A DNA stretch of 64,000 nucleotides from Geosiphon pyriformis uo1 (GCA_016748015.1 JAAOMT010000222.1:65924-129923), one strand, 5' to 3'; counted from the stretch's first letter, positions 51,201 through 64,000 are shown. Notes: generated by a model from the letters alone, not told the origin. Program-made: numbers and translations.

Positions 51201-52139
51201 GGTTAACCTCAGTTGTTGACTGTACTGTTAAAATAAGAATTTAGCAAATCCTAAATGGTTTGTTCCTATTATTTCTGATTCTGCCACTTTTGGATAATTG
51301 TTGTTAGTGCTGGTTTTCTGTAGAATTATATTTTACAGAAAGCACCAAATGTTACAGATAATTATTTGGGGTTTTAAATTAAATAACAAACTCATAACTT
51401 GGTGCTTTAATCAATATAATGGTGTTGGTTTCTGAAGATTTGGGTAATCTGAAGGTTTTGGGTTGTCTAAAGATTTTGGTGTTAAATTCTTTGTATAATG
51501 GACAGAAATTTAATGCTTGTCTTCTCAGTAGCTTTCTGGAATTGCAATTTCATCAAATTTTTTTCTCAGCATGATGGCCAGTAATCTGGCAGAGATGCTC
51601 TTTTGGTAAGCTATTCTTAAATTCTCAATATATACTTTTTCTTTGGGGTCTTTTATCAGGCTATCCTTGTGGTCAATAATTCAGTGCTTTTTCTCTTTAA
51701 TTAATTAGCACAACAAAAGAAAATAACAAAAATAAAATAAAAGAAAATAAAAGAAATTAAGCCAAGGTGATAAATGTTAGTATTCTGTCAATAGCTGTGA
51801 TTAAGAGTTATTGTTCTAGTGTAGTTAAGTATCAATTACTATCAACATGAAGTGTTGATAGTGAAGAGTAAATTTGAAATATAGAATAGTTATTTATTGG
51901 TATTTAAGATGTGGAAGGCTGCTTAGATTAAATCTAAACTGAGAAGTTTGTTTTTTCTTCTTTTAATTTTACTACTATATATACATAATTAATGTTCTAC
52001 AAGATTGCTCACATTTCTGAGCAATGTGTTATGATTTTTTAAGTAATGCTTACATTGTTGAGCAATGTATTCACATGCTAATTACTACTCTTCTATTGGT
52101 CTCCTATTTTTTATATCTGTTTTTTTTTTATGAGTAATA
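42257..52139 (-). mobile_element. Full-length decayed Gypsy copy A3 with non-matching LTRs (3' alpha 42257-43105, 5' beta 51350-52139)
   Basis: PBS TGGTGCTTTCTGT at 51333-51347, gag 49600-51287, protease ~48970, dUTPase 47030-47430, RT 45800-46500, integrase 43810-45172, ORF3 relic 43120-43750. Confidence 0.88.
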
Positions 52140-55100
52140 GTGATTAACAACTAGGTCAATAATCAGATTAATAATTAGATTAATGATCAAATTATTAATT
52201 AGGTTAATAATTACTATCTAAAATAAAGTGGCTAAATATATAATATCAATAACTAATACATGTGATAACTAATAAAAACTATGGTTTTCAACTGTAATAT
52301 TATCCTTTTCAAAGAGATTAAACTTTGGCAAAATCAAGCTATTTATAGAATAATCTAATTGAAAGGTTTTATCTAATTCAAAACTAACTAGTTTATTAAA
52401 ATCTTTTATAAATAAGATATATAACACCTAAAATAAAATAAGCTTTGTATTCAAGAGACTAAATTTTTGTATAAAAGTTTTGGCTTTTCTAATAATAGTT
52501 AAAACTTTTAGAATATCTAACTGTATAATATCCAAAATTTTCACTTGTATTTCTGAAATTGTTTTTTTCATAAGCTTTATGTCTTTTATAATTTTTCTAA
52601 GTCAACTATTGAACTTTAATTGTCTTCTATATAACAGGTTTTTGTCTATAAACAAGATTTCTTTAATTATTTTTCTAAAAATATTAAAAGATAATAGTAT
52701 GCTTACTGTTATGCTTTTAAACATATATTTATCTATTTTGCTACTAATTTTTTCTCTTCTGGTAGTGGTTTTTTTTGGTTTAATAACAGTATGTGTTCTA
52801 TTGTTATTAGTTATGATTATCTGTTTTCCAATAGTCAAAGTAGTATTTGGATAATTTTTGATTTAATACTTATCAAGAGTATAGAAAACATTTTAAATAT
52901 TTTGATTTAAAAAATAATTGTTTATATCAATTAAAGATATCTCTGTTTTGGAAATAATATATTAATTTATATCTGATTTTTGCTAATTATTTGGGTTAGT
53001 ATTACCACAACAAATAACTAATCAGATTGTTTGTAATATTTTTTAAGTTATATATTATAAACAGGATAATTATTAAAAATTATTTTATATTAATCTTGTA
53101 AAATATAAAAACTATTATTCAAAACTTTGTTAATTAAAAAGAGTTTTTTCCACTAATTAGAGAATTTATTACTATAAACATTATTTTTGTCTTAGCAGTA
53201 TTCTAAAACTAAGTTATTAATACTTAAGAAAAATAGTTTATAAGTTTTTTTTTGTAAGCTTCTCTTAAAACTGTTTTATCTTTTCAAAGATAATTATTTA
53301 TATCTCTATTAAAAAATTAAGAATAGTATTAAGTTTTTTTTGCAAAAAAAATATTGTTTTAATATTAGTTTTTATTGATAATATTGCTATTTATTTATAG
53401 AGCAGATAAAAAAATTCAAAATTTGTTATGTTATAGTTTATAGTTCTATAAGCAAACAAAGCTAAAGACAGTAATTTGTCTTATAAATTTGTTTCTTTAC
53501 TGGTTTTGCCTAAATTTTACATAATGTTCTATTAAATATTTTACTAGACTATTTATTTAAAGATAATAAAAGAAAGAAAGTTTATAATATATTCTTATTT
53601 TTTTATAAAATTCTTTAATTAATATACTGAGAAAAGCTCTTTTTTTGTTAGATAAAAATTTTTTGAAGTAGTTATAATGACAAATAATATCTTCATAAAT
53701 AAAGTTAGTAATAAAAACTGCTATTTAATCTAAGATAATTCTTGCTTTTACCCACTTTGTAAAATAGTCAATAGCTGTAATAATATATCTATTGTCATTA
53801 GAAGTTATGATTAAAAGTCTAATAATATTTATATTAATTCTGTTAAATAGTTAATCAACAGAGATTAAATGAATGTTTTCTTTGTAATTGGATTTTTTTT
53901 TTGGCAAATATTACAGATTTTAATGTATTTAGCAATATTTTTTCCTAAGATAAATTAATAATAATAAGTTAGAGTTTTCTAAATTGTTTTTGTTTTTTTA
54001 AAGTGTCTAGCTAATAGATTAGTGTATATGTTATAGATCACAATTTTTCTTTCTTTAAATCTAATGATTTTCTGAAAACAGTCAGAATTTTTTTTATTTT
54101 TTTTGTAAAGTTGGTTTTGATAAATTAAATAGAAATTTAATTATTTGTGCAAATGTTTTTTTTGCTGTCAAGTGTAGTTTAATAAGTATTATTCTTTACT
54201 TAAAAATTTTATTAGTGCAAAATAGTTATTCAAGTTTATTATTGTGTTTGATTAAGAAAAATTACTAATATTAAGTTAATTTGTTTTTATAAAGGTTGTA
54301 TTATTACTTGGTAATAAGTTTGAAAAAAGTGTTAGCATTTTAATAATTAGCTCTTTTGTAATATTATATATTATAATCAAATTCATCCAAATAAAGTATT
54401 CAAGCAAATTATTTATTTGTGTTCTAAATTTTTTTTATTGTACAGCCAAACCAAAGCTTGGTAATCTGTTACTATTAAAAACTTTACACCAAGAAAATAC
54501 TTGTTTCAATAACTAATAGACTAAACTATTATTAAACATTTTTGGTTAGTAATTAAATAGTTCTGTTCTATTGGTAAAAAGATTTTATTGACATATGCTA
54601 TAATATGTTTTTTTTTATCTTTATCTTTTTGTAAAAGAACAGTACCAAGTTTATAGCCAGATATATTAATGTAAAAGATAAAAGATTAATTTAGATCAGG
54701 TTGTTTGAGAATAAAATCTGTAACCAATTTTTCTTTTAGAGTTTCAAATGTTTTTTATTAATATATACTTCAGTAATAATTGATATTTTTCTTAAGTAAC
54801 TAATTGAAAAAAAAACAATTTTGAAGAAATTTTTAACAAATTTGTAATAATAAGATGTCAAATCAAGAATAAAACATAGTTTATATACATTCATTAATTG
54901 TTTAATATTCTGGGCTTTTTTAATCTTGGCTAGATTAAAAAAAATTCTATTTTTTGTAATAAAATGACCAAAGAACTGAGTAAATTAACATTTAAGAAAA
55001 GATTTGATTAGATTACTTTTGAGACCAGCATTTCTAAAAAAATCAAAAACTTTTTGCAAATGTTTAAGATATTTATTTCAGGTTTTTTTTACTAATTTAA

Positions 55101-56740
55101 ATATTTTGTTTATTAACCATTAAAAAATGAAAAAAGCATTAATAAGACCAAACAGCATAACTGTGAATTTGTAAATGCTATATTTGATAATAAAAACAGT
55201 CTTTTTTTTGCTTTTTGAATTCATTTCTACTTGCCAAAATCCAATAGTTAAATTAATAATTAAGAAAAAAACAGCACTATTAAATTGGTCTAGTATTGCA
55301 TTAATCTTGAAAAATGAATACATATTTTTTTTAGTAATGATATTTAATTGGCAATAATCAATACAAAAGCATAAAATTCTACTTTTTTTGAATATTACTA
55401 CAACTAAAAATGTTTATTTACTCTTGGTTTCTTGTATAAATCCAAAATTTTTCATCTGGTTTATTTTTTTCTTGATGAATTTATTATTATAATAATTGAA
55501 TTAATAAAGTTTTAAATAGATAAAATAAGTTTTTTTAGTGGTAATAATATGTTGTATTATATAAGTATGTTTAGGAGTATTATTTTTTTTTGAGATAACT
55601 GGGTTGTTTCTAGTTAACAGATTTTTAATGTCTATTTTTCTTTCTTTTAAAAAAGATTTTTTTTGTTTTACAGTTAGTAATTAGATTTCAGATAGTTTAT
55701 TTTCAAAGAACTTTTGCATTTCTTTTATTTTTTTTGATATTAAGCTAATAAATTCCCAATTTTTGTAATAAATTAAGCAGAATTTATATTTATTAATAGA
55801 AGAATACAATAGTTTATTATATTAGTATTGAGTACAAAAACTATGTTACCAATAACTGTATTTGGTTTTTTTGCTAGGTTTTTGGTTAAAAGTTTTTCTG
55901 AGTATGTTGTAATAAGACCAGCAAATCATTTTATCATTTACAATAATTTTTTTTTTGTCTGCTTTAATATTATTTAGTAATTCATTATTGCTGATAAAAA
56001 TAGTGTAAACTAGTTTAGCAGTTTTTTTTTATTCTTTTTTATTACTTTTTTTATCATCTGATTTATCTAATTGTTTTTCTTCTGGGCTTTGTTTGAATAC
56101 TAAAAAAGTTGTCTAATAACAGTATTTAATTATAATAGGCTTTTTATTATATCTGATAATTAATTTATATAGCTTATAATTAAGTAAAGCTTTGGCTTTC
56201 TTAAGCCATTTATTGTTAACAATAATAGTGTATTCTTTAGTTTTAGAAACTTTTATGTTAGTTTTAATGCTAATGTTATTAATATAAACAAAAACAGCTT
56301 TGGCTATGCTCAAATTTTTTTTCTTATTATTATGTATATTGGTTATTGGTTAAGTAAAAGATTCATCAATTTTTTTGCCAATTGCTTCAAAAAAGTATTT
56401 GACAATAATACTAACAAATAATTCACTGTTTAAAATCAAGTCAATGAAATAACCAGCTACTTGGGCTTTGCAAATTAGAGAAATAATATTATTATTGTTA
56501 ATAAATTTAGCTTAATAAGAGCATTTGTTAGTTTTTGGTATTTTTTTTTTGGAATTAATAATTTACAAAGATTTTTTCTGAATTTTGAATGGGTTATTAA
56601 CTGGCCAAAAATAATGTAAATTGAAGTTTCTATAAGATTTTTAATAACAGAATAAAGTTCAGATTTTTGTATAATTTTTAAGAATTTTAACTTTGGAAAA
56701 TTCTTAAAGATTTTAGCCTTTAGTTATTTATTGTTATTAG
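52140..56740 (-). mobile_element. Strongly decayed Gypsy element D (different lineage, no recognisable dUTPase)
   Basis: Protease ICKAQVAGYFIDLILNS at ~56440, RT GFWQVEM...MLFGLINA at 55120-55323, RNase H ~54310-54690, integrase ~53000-54240, PPT ~52300-52315, partial 3' LTR 52140-52299. Confidence 0.7.
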
Positions 56741-56744
56741 CAGT

Positions 56745-56950
56745 TAGGGTTTTGATGTTCAGTTTGATTTGGTTTAAGTTTAATTAAACCACTGAACCAA
56801 ATCAAACTTAAACAGAAAATTTGGCAAAATTTCAAACTCAAACTTAAACCAAACTTAAAATTACTGAACTTAAATTAAACCTAAACATATATAACAAATT
56901 TGGTTTAAGTTTGGTTTAAAATTCATGAACATATTTAAGTTTAACTATTA
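56745..56950. repeat. Cluster of AAAC(T/C)(T/C)AAAC / GTTT(A/G)(A/G)GTTT short direct and inverted repeats, probable decayed DNA-transposon end
   Basis: Begins TAGGG, with repeated GGTTTAAGTTT and AAACTTAAACC units. Confidence 0.4.
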
Positions 56951-57045
56951 AAAACATTATATTATAATATATTATTATTTAATTTTTTTAATAGTTTCTG
57001 CATTTATAATTAAAAACATTATACTGCTCTTATAGTTTTAGATAT

Positions 57046-57907
57046 TATTATGGAAGTGTTTTCTTGGTATATTTTAATTGTTGATATCTTATTTTAATTG
57101 CAATCAGTTTCTTATAAGTTCCTTAATTGTATGTGTTAAATATTAATGATAATGTACTGAAGGTTTTCTCTTAATATTGTAATGTAAATCTTCTCTTTAA
57201 TTTTAGTTGTCTTTGTATGTTATGTACTCTTTTTCAGAAGCTAATCTGAAATTTACCTGCTGTCTGAAGTTTTTTCTGAGGCTATTTTTGCAATTGTCTA
57301 ATGTGTTTCTTTAATTTAGAAACACAGAATATTAATGGCCTTTTCATGATTTTTCTAAGTATATAATAAAGCTTTTTCAATTTAATTAGTAACCACGTGA
57401 ATAATCTTGATTAGCAATTATTCTTTCAAAGGATTCAAAGATGAAATGATAGTTTTATTTACTAGAGAGAGTATGTAAATTCTATTGTTAATCTCGTAAT
57501 TGTGATATTTATTCAATTTATTATTTTTATTAATTTTTTTTGAATAAAATTTTATTTAGATATTTGTTGCTTCGAGTTGAAGCTGTTTTATTCTTCATTA
57601 TTAAAAACTATTGTATATATATATAATTATTGTTTTATAAAATAATGTTTTGTAATACTCTATTTCTATTATTTCTAAATAGTACTTGCTGCTATTGTAA
57701 AATAATGCTTGTTGCTTTTGCATAATAGTGTTTGCTACTATTGTAAAATAGTGCTTGCTGCTATTGCATGATAGTGCTTGCTGCTATTGTAAAATAGTGC
57801 TTGCTGTTATTTGTAAATCATTTTTTTTTATAAATTGTTGTTGTGTTATTTTATGATTGGCTAATTTATATTATTTATAATTCTTATTAAATTCTTAAAC
57901 TATAATA
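57046..57907 (-). repeat. Decayed solo LTR related to family C
   Basis: Reverse-complement similarity to 12529-13423 (ATTTTAATTGCAATCAGT, AGAAACACAGAATATTAATGG, AAATTCTTAAAC). Flanks ATAT/ACAC are compatible with a decayed TSD. ~23-bp tandem repeats at 57680-57810. Confidence 0.75.
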
Positions 57908-58149
57908 ACACTAAGCAAGATCTCATATCTGTAATCATATTTTTATCTGTAGAAAAGACATGTTTAAAAACAACAGATAATTTTTGAATTGCCAAATAAT
58001 TACAAGCCATATATGCAAAATAAAAAAATTGTGTTTGATATATCTAAATATTGAATTATTAATAAAATATTAATTTAGATAAATATTTTTTGTAATATAC
58101 TTTCTATCATATTATTATATTTATTTTTCTATTAGTTATTTTTTTAGAA

Positions 58150-59282
58150 ATATAATAATCAATTTTGTATACCAACAAACAAAATGACTATTTAACACAA
58201 CAATACTACAACAAATCAAACAAATTATAGAAAAAAATAATCTGTCCACATAGACACAAGTCATATATTAGCTATACACAAAATTTCAAGATTAATTAGC
58301 AATATTACTTAACTCTGTAATAGATATTATTACTGTTAACCAATTGGAAAAAATGACCAATGCCTAATTTAAGGAATTACAGATCAAAATAACCCAAAAA
58401 ATTTTCAAAAAAGAAGTTCAAGAATTAATCAAAGAGAGAGAGTTAGAAGATATAGGAAATTTTGATAGAGCTCAATATTAAAAAAAAGAGATAATATTAC
58501 TCATAGAATATAGGAATTATATATTAGTATACAAATTAACCAATTAGAATAAAATACAATAAAAGTGGAATTTCAAGATTTCTTTTAGAGAAATCACAGA
58601 ATTCCAGAATTACAGGATTTTAATAAGAGAAATTACAGGATTCTAGACTAAAAAATTGAAAAATTCAAAGAATCTCATATAATAAAATTTATGTATATAT
58701 AGCAATAGTGTTAAAAGCAGAAAAGACAGAATCTCTAGTTAGAGAATTCTTCAGCTAGAATCTTTAGTTTACAACCACCAAGTTTCAACATCTTATATTA
58801 ATAAAAATACTTATTTTAATCATAATTTATTGTTTACTATTAACACTTCATGTTGATAATAATTGATACTTAACTACACTAAACCAATAGCTGATTATAG
58901 CTATTAATAAAATACTAACTCTTTCTTGTCTTGACTTATTTCTTTATTTTTTTTCTTTTGTTTTGTTATTATTTACTAATTGATTAAAAATAAAATATAT
59001 GGAGCTATCAATATTAAAGTAATTGGTAAAAAACTCAGGAATAAGGGTAAAACACTCAAGAATTAAGGATAGTTTACCAGAAAGATTACTGGTTATTACA
59101 CTAAAAAAAAATTCAATAGAATTGTGATTCCAGAAAACAATAGATAAAACAACACTTAAATCTCTATCTATTATATAAAAAACTCAACCAAAACCTTTAG
59201 ATAATACCAATCTTATCAGTTATTAAGCACCAAATTATGAGTTTGTTATTTAATTTGAAATTCTAAATAATCATCTGTAACA
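58150..59282 (+). mobile_element. 3' remnant of a family A element: ORF3 end, PPT, alpha-type LTR 58495-59282
   Basis: IGKMTNA*FKELQIKITQ...NFDRAQY*, then TATTACTCATAG...CTGTAACA. Confidence 0.8.
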
Positions 59283-59699
59283 ATGTTGGTTTAAAGTTTT
59301 GCTGAGAGTTACAGATTCATTATATAGTTGCCAACTGTCAAGTTAAGGTTACATTACAAAAGACATGATCTTTTGCTATATAATAGATTCGAAATACTAT
59401 CTGTATCTAAGTTAGTTTCCATCTGGTCTTATGGTGTAATTTTAATTTTGGTATCAGATTGAGTATTTATGTTTATTTCAGTTTGTATTTTTGTTTATCT
59501 AATACTAGTTTTGGTTTTTTGTAAAACATTTCTGTTGTTGATAGTTTTAGTGCTTAGTATTGTCTTAATTGATCTAAGTGATTAGTTACATATAAAGAAT
59601 ACATAAGTTATGTTTAATATAAAAATATTTATGTTCTATAGTTTTAGATAGTGGTTGGACCTCATTTATTAATCCTGTAATAATAATAATAAAATATTT

Positions 59700-61440
59700 A
59701 ATTTTAAATAATTAATTATTAATTTGTTTTTAAAATAAATTATTTAATATTTTAAGTATAATAAACTTATTAAAATTAAAAAACATTATTTTTAATTGTT
59801 TTATTTTTTGTCTAATTAAGTCAAAATTTTTTTGATAAATTAAAAATTTGTATAATTATTTTAAATTGAATTAAATATCTAAATTTATATATAATTTGCA
59901 CTAATTTTGCATTGTTATATTATAAAATAGTTAATATTTTACAATAAAAATACAATATTTCTGTAATTATTATTAAATTTATTCAAAATATATCTAAATT
60001 AATAATTTTAAAAATTTTATAATAAATTTTTAAATTTTTTCTAATTTATTATTAACTTTGAATATATAATAATTAAAAATTAATTATCAAAATTTAAAAA
60101 TAAAATTAATTAAGATTTAAATTTATAAGTAATATAAAATATTAAATATATATATTTGCAATACTTATTAAATTTGTAATAGAATTATTATTATTATATA
60201 GTAATTATTTTATCAAGTTTTTGTTAAAATTGCTATTCTATAATATTTATTATACATTATTTTTTATTAATTTTATAGTTTTGTAATAAAGTATTTATTA
60301 TTTATATTTTTAAAATAAAAAACTAACCAAATTGTTTAATCTATTTTAATTTTAAATTTGTTAAATATTTTTTTAATACATAAATTAAATTAGTAAATTA
60401 AACATAATAAAAATATGATATTTTTGTGAATTAATCTTAATTTTGTTTAAATAAATAAATTAATATTAATAAAAAATAAATTATAATAAATAAAAAATTA
60501 AATAAAAATATCTAAATACTATATATAGACCAATATTATTTATTACAATTATAAAAATTGTATATTTATATTTTTTAGTTTATTAATTATAGCTTTTGAT
60601 TTTTTTTACTTTTATATAAAATTTTTTTTTCATATTAATATCTATTGTTTTTTATATATATAAATTTTTTTTTGAAATAATAATAATAATTTTTAATAAT
60701 TGTTTATTTTTCATATTTGTTTATTTATTAAACATTAGAATTATACTTATTAAAATTTCACAAAGTGTTTTTTGTATTGGTTTATCTTTTTAAAAATGGC
60801 TGCTTTCAAAATTTGTTTACAAAAAGCTTAATAATTTAAAAGTTTAACATAAAGATTCAAAAATTTAAACAGTTTTTTTGTCTTAGACATATTAATCTAA
60901 TATAAAACCTATATACAGAATACTGTTAATTTTAGTAAAAAAACTTTAAATTTTTTTTTGTTATAATATAATAAAGACTTAACAATATAATTATTAAGTT
61001 CATAAGAAGATTATATAATAACTTGGTGGATTAAAGAATTTAAGAATGTGAATACAGTATTATATAACGAATTTGATGAAACTAATAATAAAAAACTAGA
61101 TATAATTTTATGAAATTTTTTTTTAAATTTGTTTAAAAAGCATTAGAGTTCTTAAATAGAATGAAAATTTTCTTCTTTTGTTTTGGTGTTGTTTTTTTAG
61201 CAAAATGTACACATCTTTTTAGATGTTGAATTATCCAGTCTGTTTTGTTAAGAAAAAATTTTTTTTAATACATGCTTTGCAATAGACTTTAAGATTACTC
61301 TGATTGAATATTTTTTTTAAAAAAGATATATGGATATGAAATTCTATTGGTTGGGACATCACGGATACGGACATTGGACAATGTCCCAATATGTCCGCGT
61401 CCACTATATATAGCCCGGACATCGAAAATGTACAACACTG
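59700..61440 (-). mobile_element. Decayed hAT-like DNA transposon (BED-finger transposase relic), one terminus at 61440
   Basis: Minus strand starts CAGTGTTGTAC, with subterminal GGACAT/ATGTCC repeats at 61350-61425. Translation gives YCKAC...NKTDWIIQHLKRCVHF (BED-like) and KFKVFLLKLTVFC...KLFKFLNLYVKL at ~60830-60950. The left limit is approximate. Confidence 0.55.
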
Positions 61441-61953
61441 CCTTCTATGACATAATTTTTCCCGACATTTCTTGTTAAATCATAATCATGTTATGTTGGT
61501 GATGATTAAATCTTGAACCCTGAAATTATTGGTAATACAAAATGTTCACTTTGTCTGTTTTTGTTGCAACATGCCCCATATGAAAGTAAATCAAAAAGAT
61601 AATGATATTCATCACACATGAAACGGAGTGAAAATTTATTGTATGCATGTGAAACTCTTGCAATATAATAAGGGACTTTAGGTTCTTGGTATTCTGGATG
61701 TTCAGATATTCCGTTACTGCAAAATCATACCGAGTTTATTTTTAGTACTAAATTTTTTAACCCAAAAAAGTATACCTTTTACATTTTGAAATTGTCGAAC
61801 TTCTTAAAAGTCAATCTCTCCTGACCAAAAAACAAATATCAGTCAACTGAAATCAAATACCTTCAATAATATACACAAACTACTTGCTTCACTCCAATTA
61901 TATAAGCCTTAAAAAAAAAGCATATTTTTTACCTTATATCCGTGTTCTCAAAA

Positions 61954-63249
61954 ATGACTGGGATCAGCAAACCCGACGAACGTTATCGAATGGTGGATGA
62001 GATATGTGCTGAGACAAACCTATATCTTATTCTTGGAGTTCAGAGGACCGTGGGTCCTGAGGCCCTTCGTAGAGGGTACATTGATGTAGGTCTTACTTAA
62101 CATGAGAGATTTTTCGCTGTTAGAGGCGGTAAAGTTAAAGTTTACCCCTTGAGACTAGGAAAAATATTTGCAAATTAATTTTCATCCGTTTCAGTTTTTC
62201 TCACGTCACTTCGTTTTTTATTGCCATAGAGATCACGTATCTGCCATCCAGACAAGTTTCAAGAGTACCCAAAAGCTACAGAAGCTTTTCAAAGTATGTA
62301 TTTTATTATTTTGATAAATTATTTGTATATCAAGTTAGGAAATATATACAAATTGTAATACTCCATCAAATTCACACTGATTCCGGGATATTTTCATAGA
62401 GTTGGCTTGTGCTTACGAGACTTTAAGTAAACCATCGAGTCGTCGTGCCTATGATCTTACTGGGAAAAGCAATTTGAGTGGCAGTGGTGTAGGATCCGGG
62501 GAGGAGACATTACATGGTGCCCTATACCAAGTAAGAATTTTTCTTTTACATCAAATGTTTTTTTATCCTAGGCTTGAATTGAACTAATCTTCTTTGAAAA
62601 ATCTTTTTTATCAAGTTATTCTTGGAATTTCTGGATGGGGATTTCGAGACCATTCGCTCCTTACTAAGTAAAAAATCAAGTTTTTATTCCTTTTGATTAT
62701 GAGATACCTTATTATCTTCATTTCAATGAACTTAAATTTTACTCTATATACAGTTACCCTTAGCGAAAACAATCAAGGCTTTAATATTGCTGAAGATTCA
62801 ATTGAGAATCTCCACAAGGTTTTTCTTCAGATAAGGGATCTTTTCCTTGGTAGGGAAATTACTTTATATTAAAATCACGCAAGTTCGAAAATTTTTCGCA
62901 AGTCATTACTCATTGTTTTCAATCACTTGCGGCAATTCTACCATTAATTAAAGCCTGTCAGAAGTATTTGAACCTTGTACAATTCGAATTGATTCGACTC
63001 TACGAGATTCAAAACCAAATCCGATCATTATCTTACTTTGATATCTTTGGTCGACTTCGTCTAACGATGGAAATGGCACGTCTGGCTTTGACCATACCAC
63101 TTCGAATCGATACTGTAATGAAGAATGAGGCAAAAGTTAAGATGCTCACGAAATCTACTAAACAATCTAAAGGTTTATTAGGGGACGGGATATCATCATT
63201 GATATCGGGATTAGTAGATGTACTGGAATCAGTAGAGAAGTATCTTTAA
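61954..63249 (+). CDS. DnaJ/Hsp40 J-domain protein, 256 aa. Exons: 61954-62085, 62230-62293, 62400-62530, 62616-62667, 62754-62849, 62954-63249
   Basis: Spliced translation MTGISKPDERY...NLYLILGV...ALRRGYID/RSRICHPDKF...ATEAFQ/KLACAYETLSKPSSRRAYD (J-domain with HPD). Five GT-AG introns keep the frame (771 nt total). CpG is retained. Confidence 0.92.
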
Positions 63250-64000
63250 CTTCATTATAGGTTTTTTGATTAGTCTAAGATCTGAAAACCTTGATTGTCC
63301 CCGTTTGCAACCCATTAATACTACAATCACCCCTCAATGACAATTCTTGAAATCTTTTGTTATAATTGATCCTTTTCTGGGCTTCTTCGTAATAGAATAA
63401 TGCTTGCCCTTGTAAAAATACAACCAACCCCTATCACACATATATAGAAAATTAAATGATACTATTATATTTTTCTAGATTATATAATTTTGCGGGAACT
63501 TTAAATATTCATTGCATTACTAGTAAATAGTATAGTTTACACTATATACTCTTTCTTCGATTTGGAAAATCATCCCTTCAACTTCAATAACAAACATTTA
63601 TTATCTGATCTAAACCCTACTTCAAAACAATCCTCATTCTATTCATTCATTTTAATCTAAAATTTATACATTCTCTCCTTACTTTGGTGACTAGCCACTA
63701 GTTTTCACATTTGGGAATCGATAGATTTTGGATGACCCTACTGACCTATAGTAAAAGATAGATTACAAGTCATCATAATCTGTTTATTTATTTCAAACAT
63801 GTTTAATTCATATCTAATATGTTTACTCTGCCTCGCTATGTTTTGAATTTCTTATATTATAATACTATCTCGTGCCACTTAAAAGTTAGCATGATAATTT
63901 TGTAAATATTATTCCTTTAATTGTTTACTAGTGGATCAAAACTATCTAAATTATTATATATTGCGTTTCTTTTAAACATGATTAGACAATTAAATCAATT

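Noticed and set aside
63250-64000. Possible further gene after DnaJ
   Set aside because: No ORF or convincing exon pattern. Treated as 3' UTR or intergenic DNA.

Overview
AT-rich eukaryotic (fungal-type) DNA. Small GT-AG introns and the repeat families resemble, from recall only, early-diverging Mucoromycota/Glomeromycotina genomes such as Geosiphon. About 61 kb is a nest of transposons, followed by one intact 6-exon host gene for a DnaJ (HPD) protein (61954-63249). The nest holds at least four Ty3/Gypsy (Metaviridae) LTR retrotransposon lineages (called A, B, C and D here), several solo LTRs, a decayed LINE that served as an insertion platform, and a decayed hAT-type DNA transposon. Lineages A, B and C share an unusual, apparently tricistronic layout. 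ORF1 is a Met-free, GUG-initiated N-terminal extension followed by Gag, protease, a multi-CxxC Cys-rich domain, dUTPase, RT and RNase H, and it ends in a conserved stop. ORF2 is a stand-alone integrase. ORF3 is a conserved ~200-240 aa non-env accessory protein. A frame-independent GAYGGAGCTCA motif precedes the PPT. Swapped 4-bp target-site duplications show a ~26 kb inversion between inverted B-family LTRs (biological or a misassembly), and swapped LTR types hint at a second one. The repeats are inactivated mostly by C>T/G>A transitions. No database searches were possible, so all domain calls come from motif recognition.
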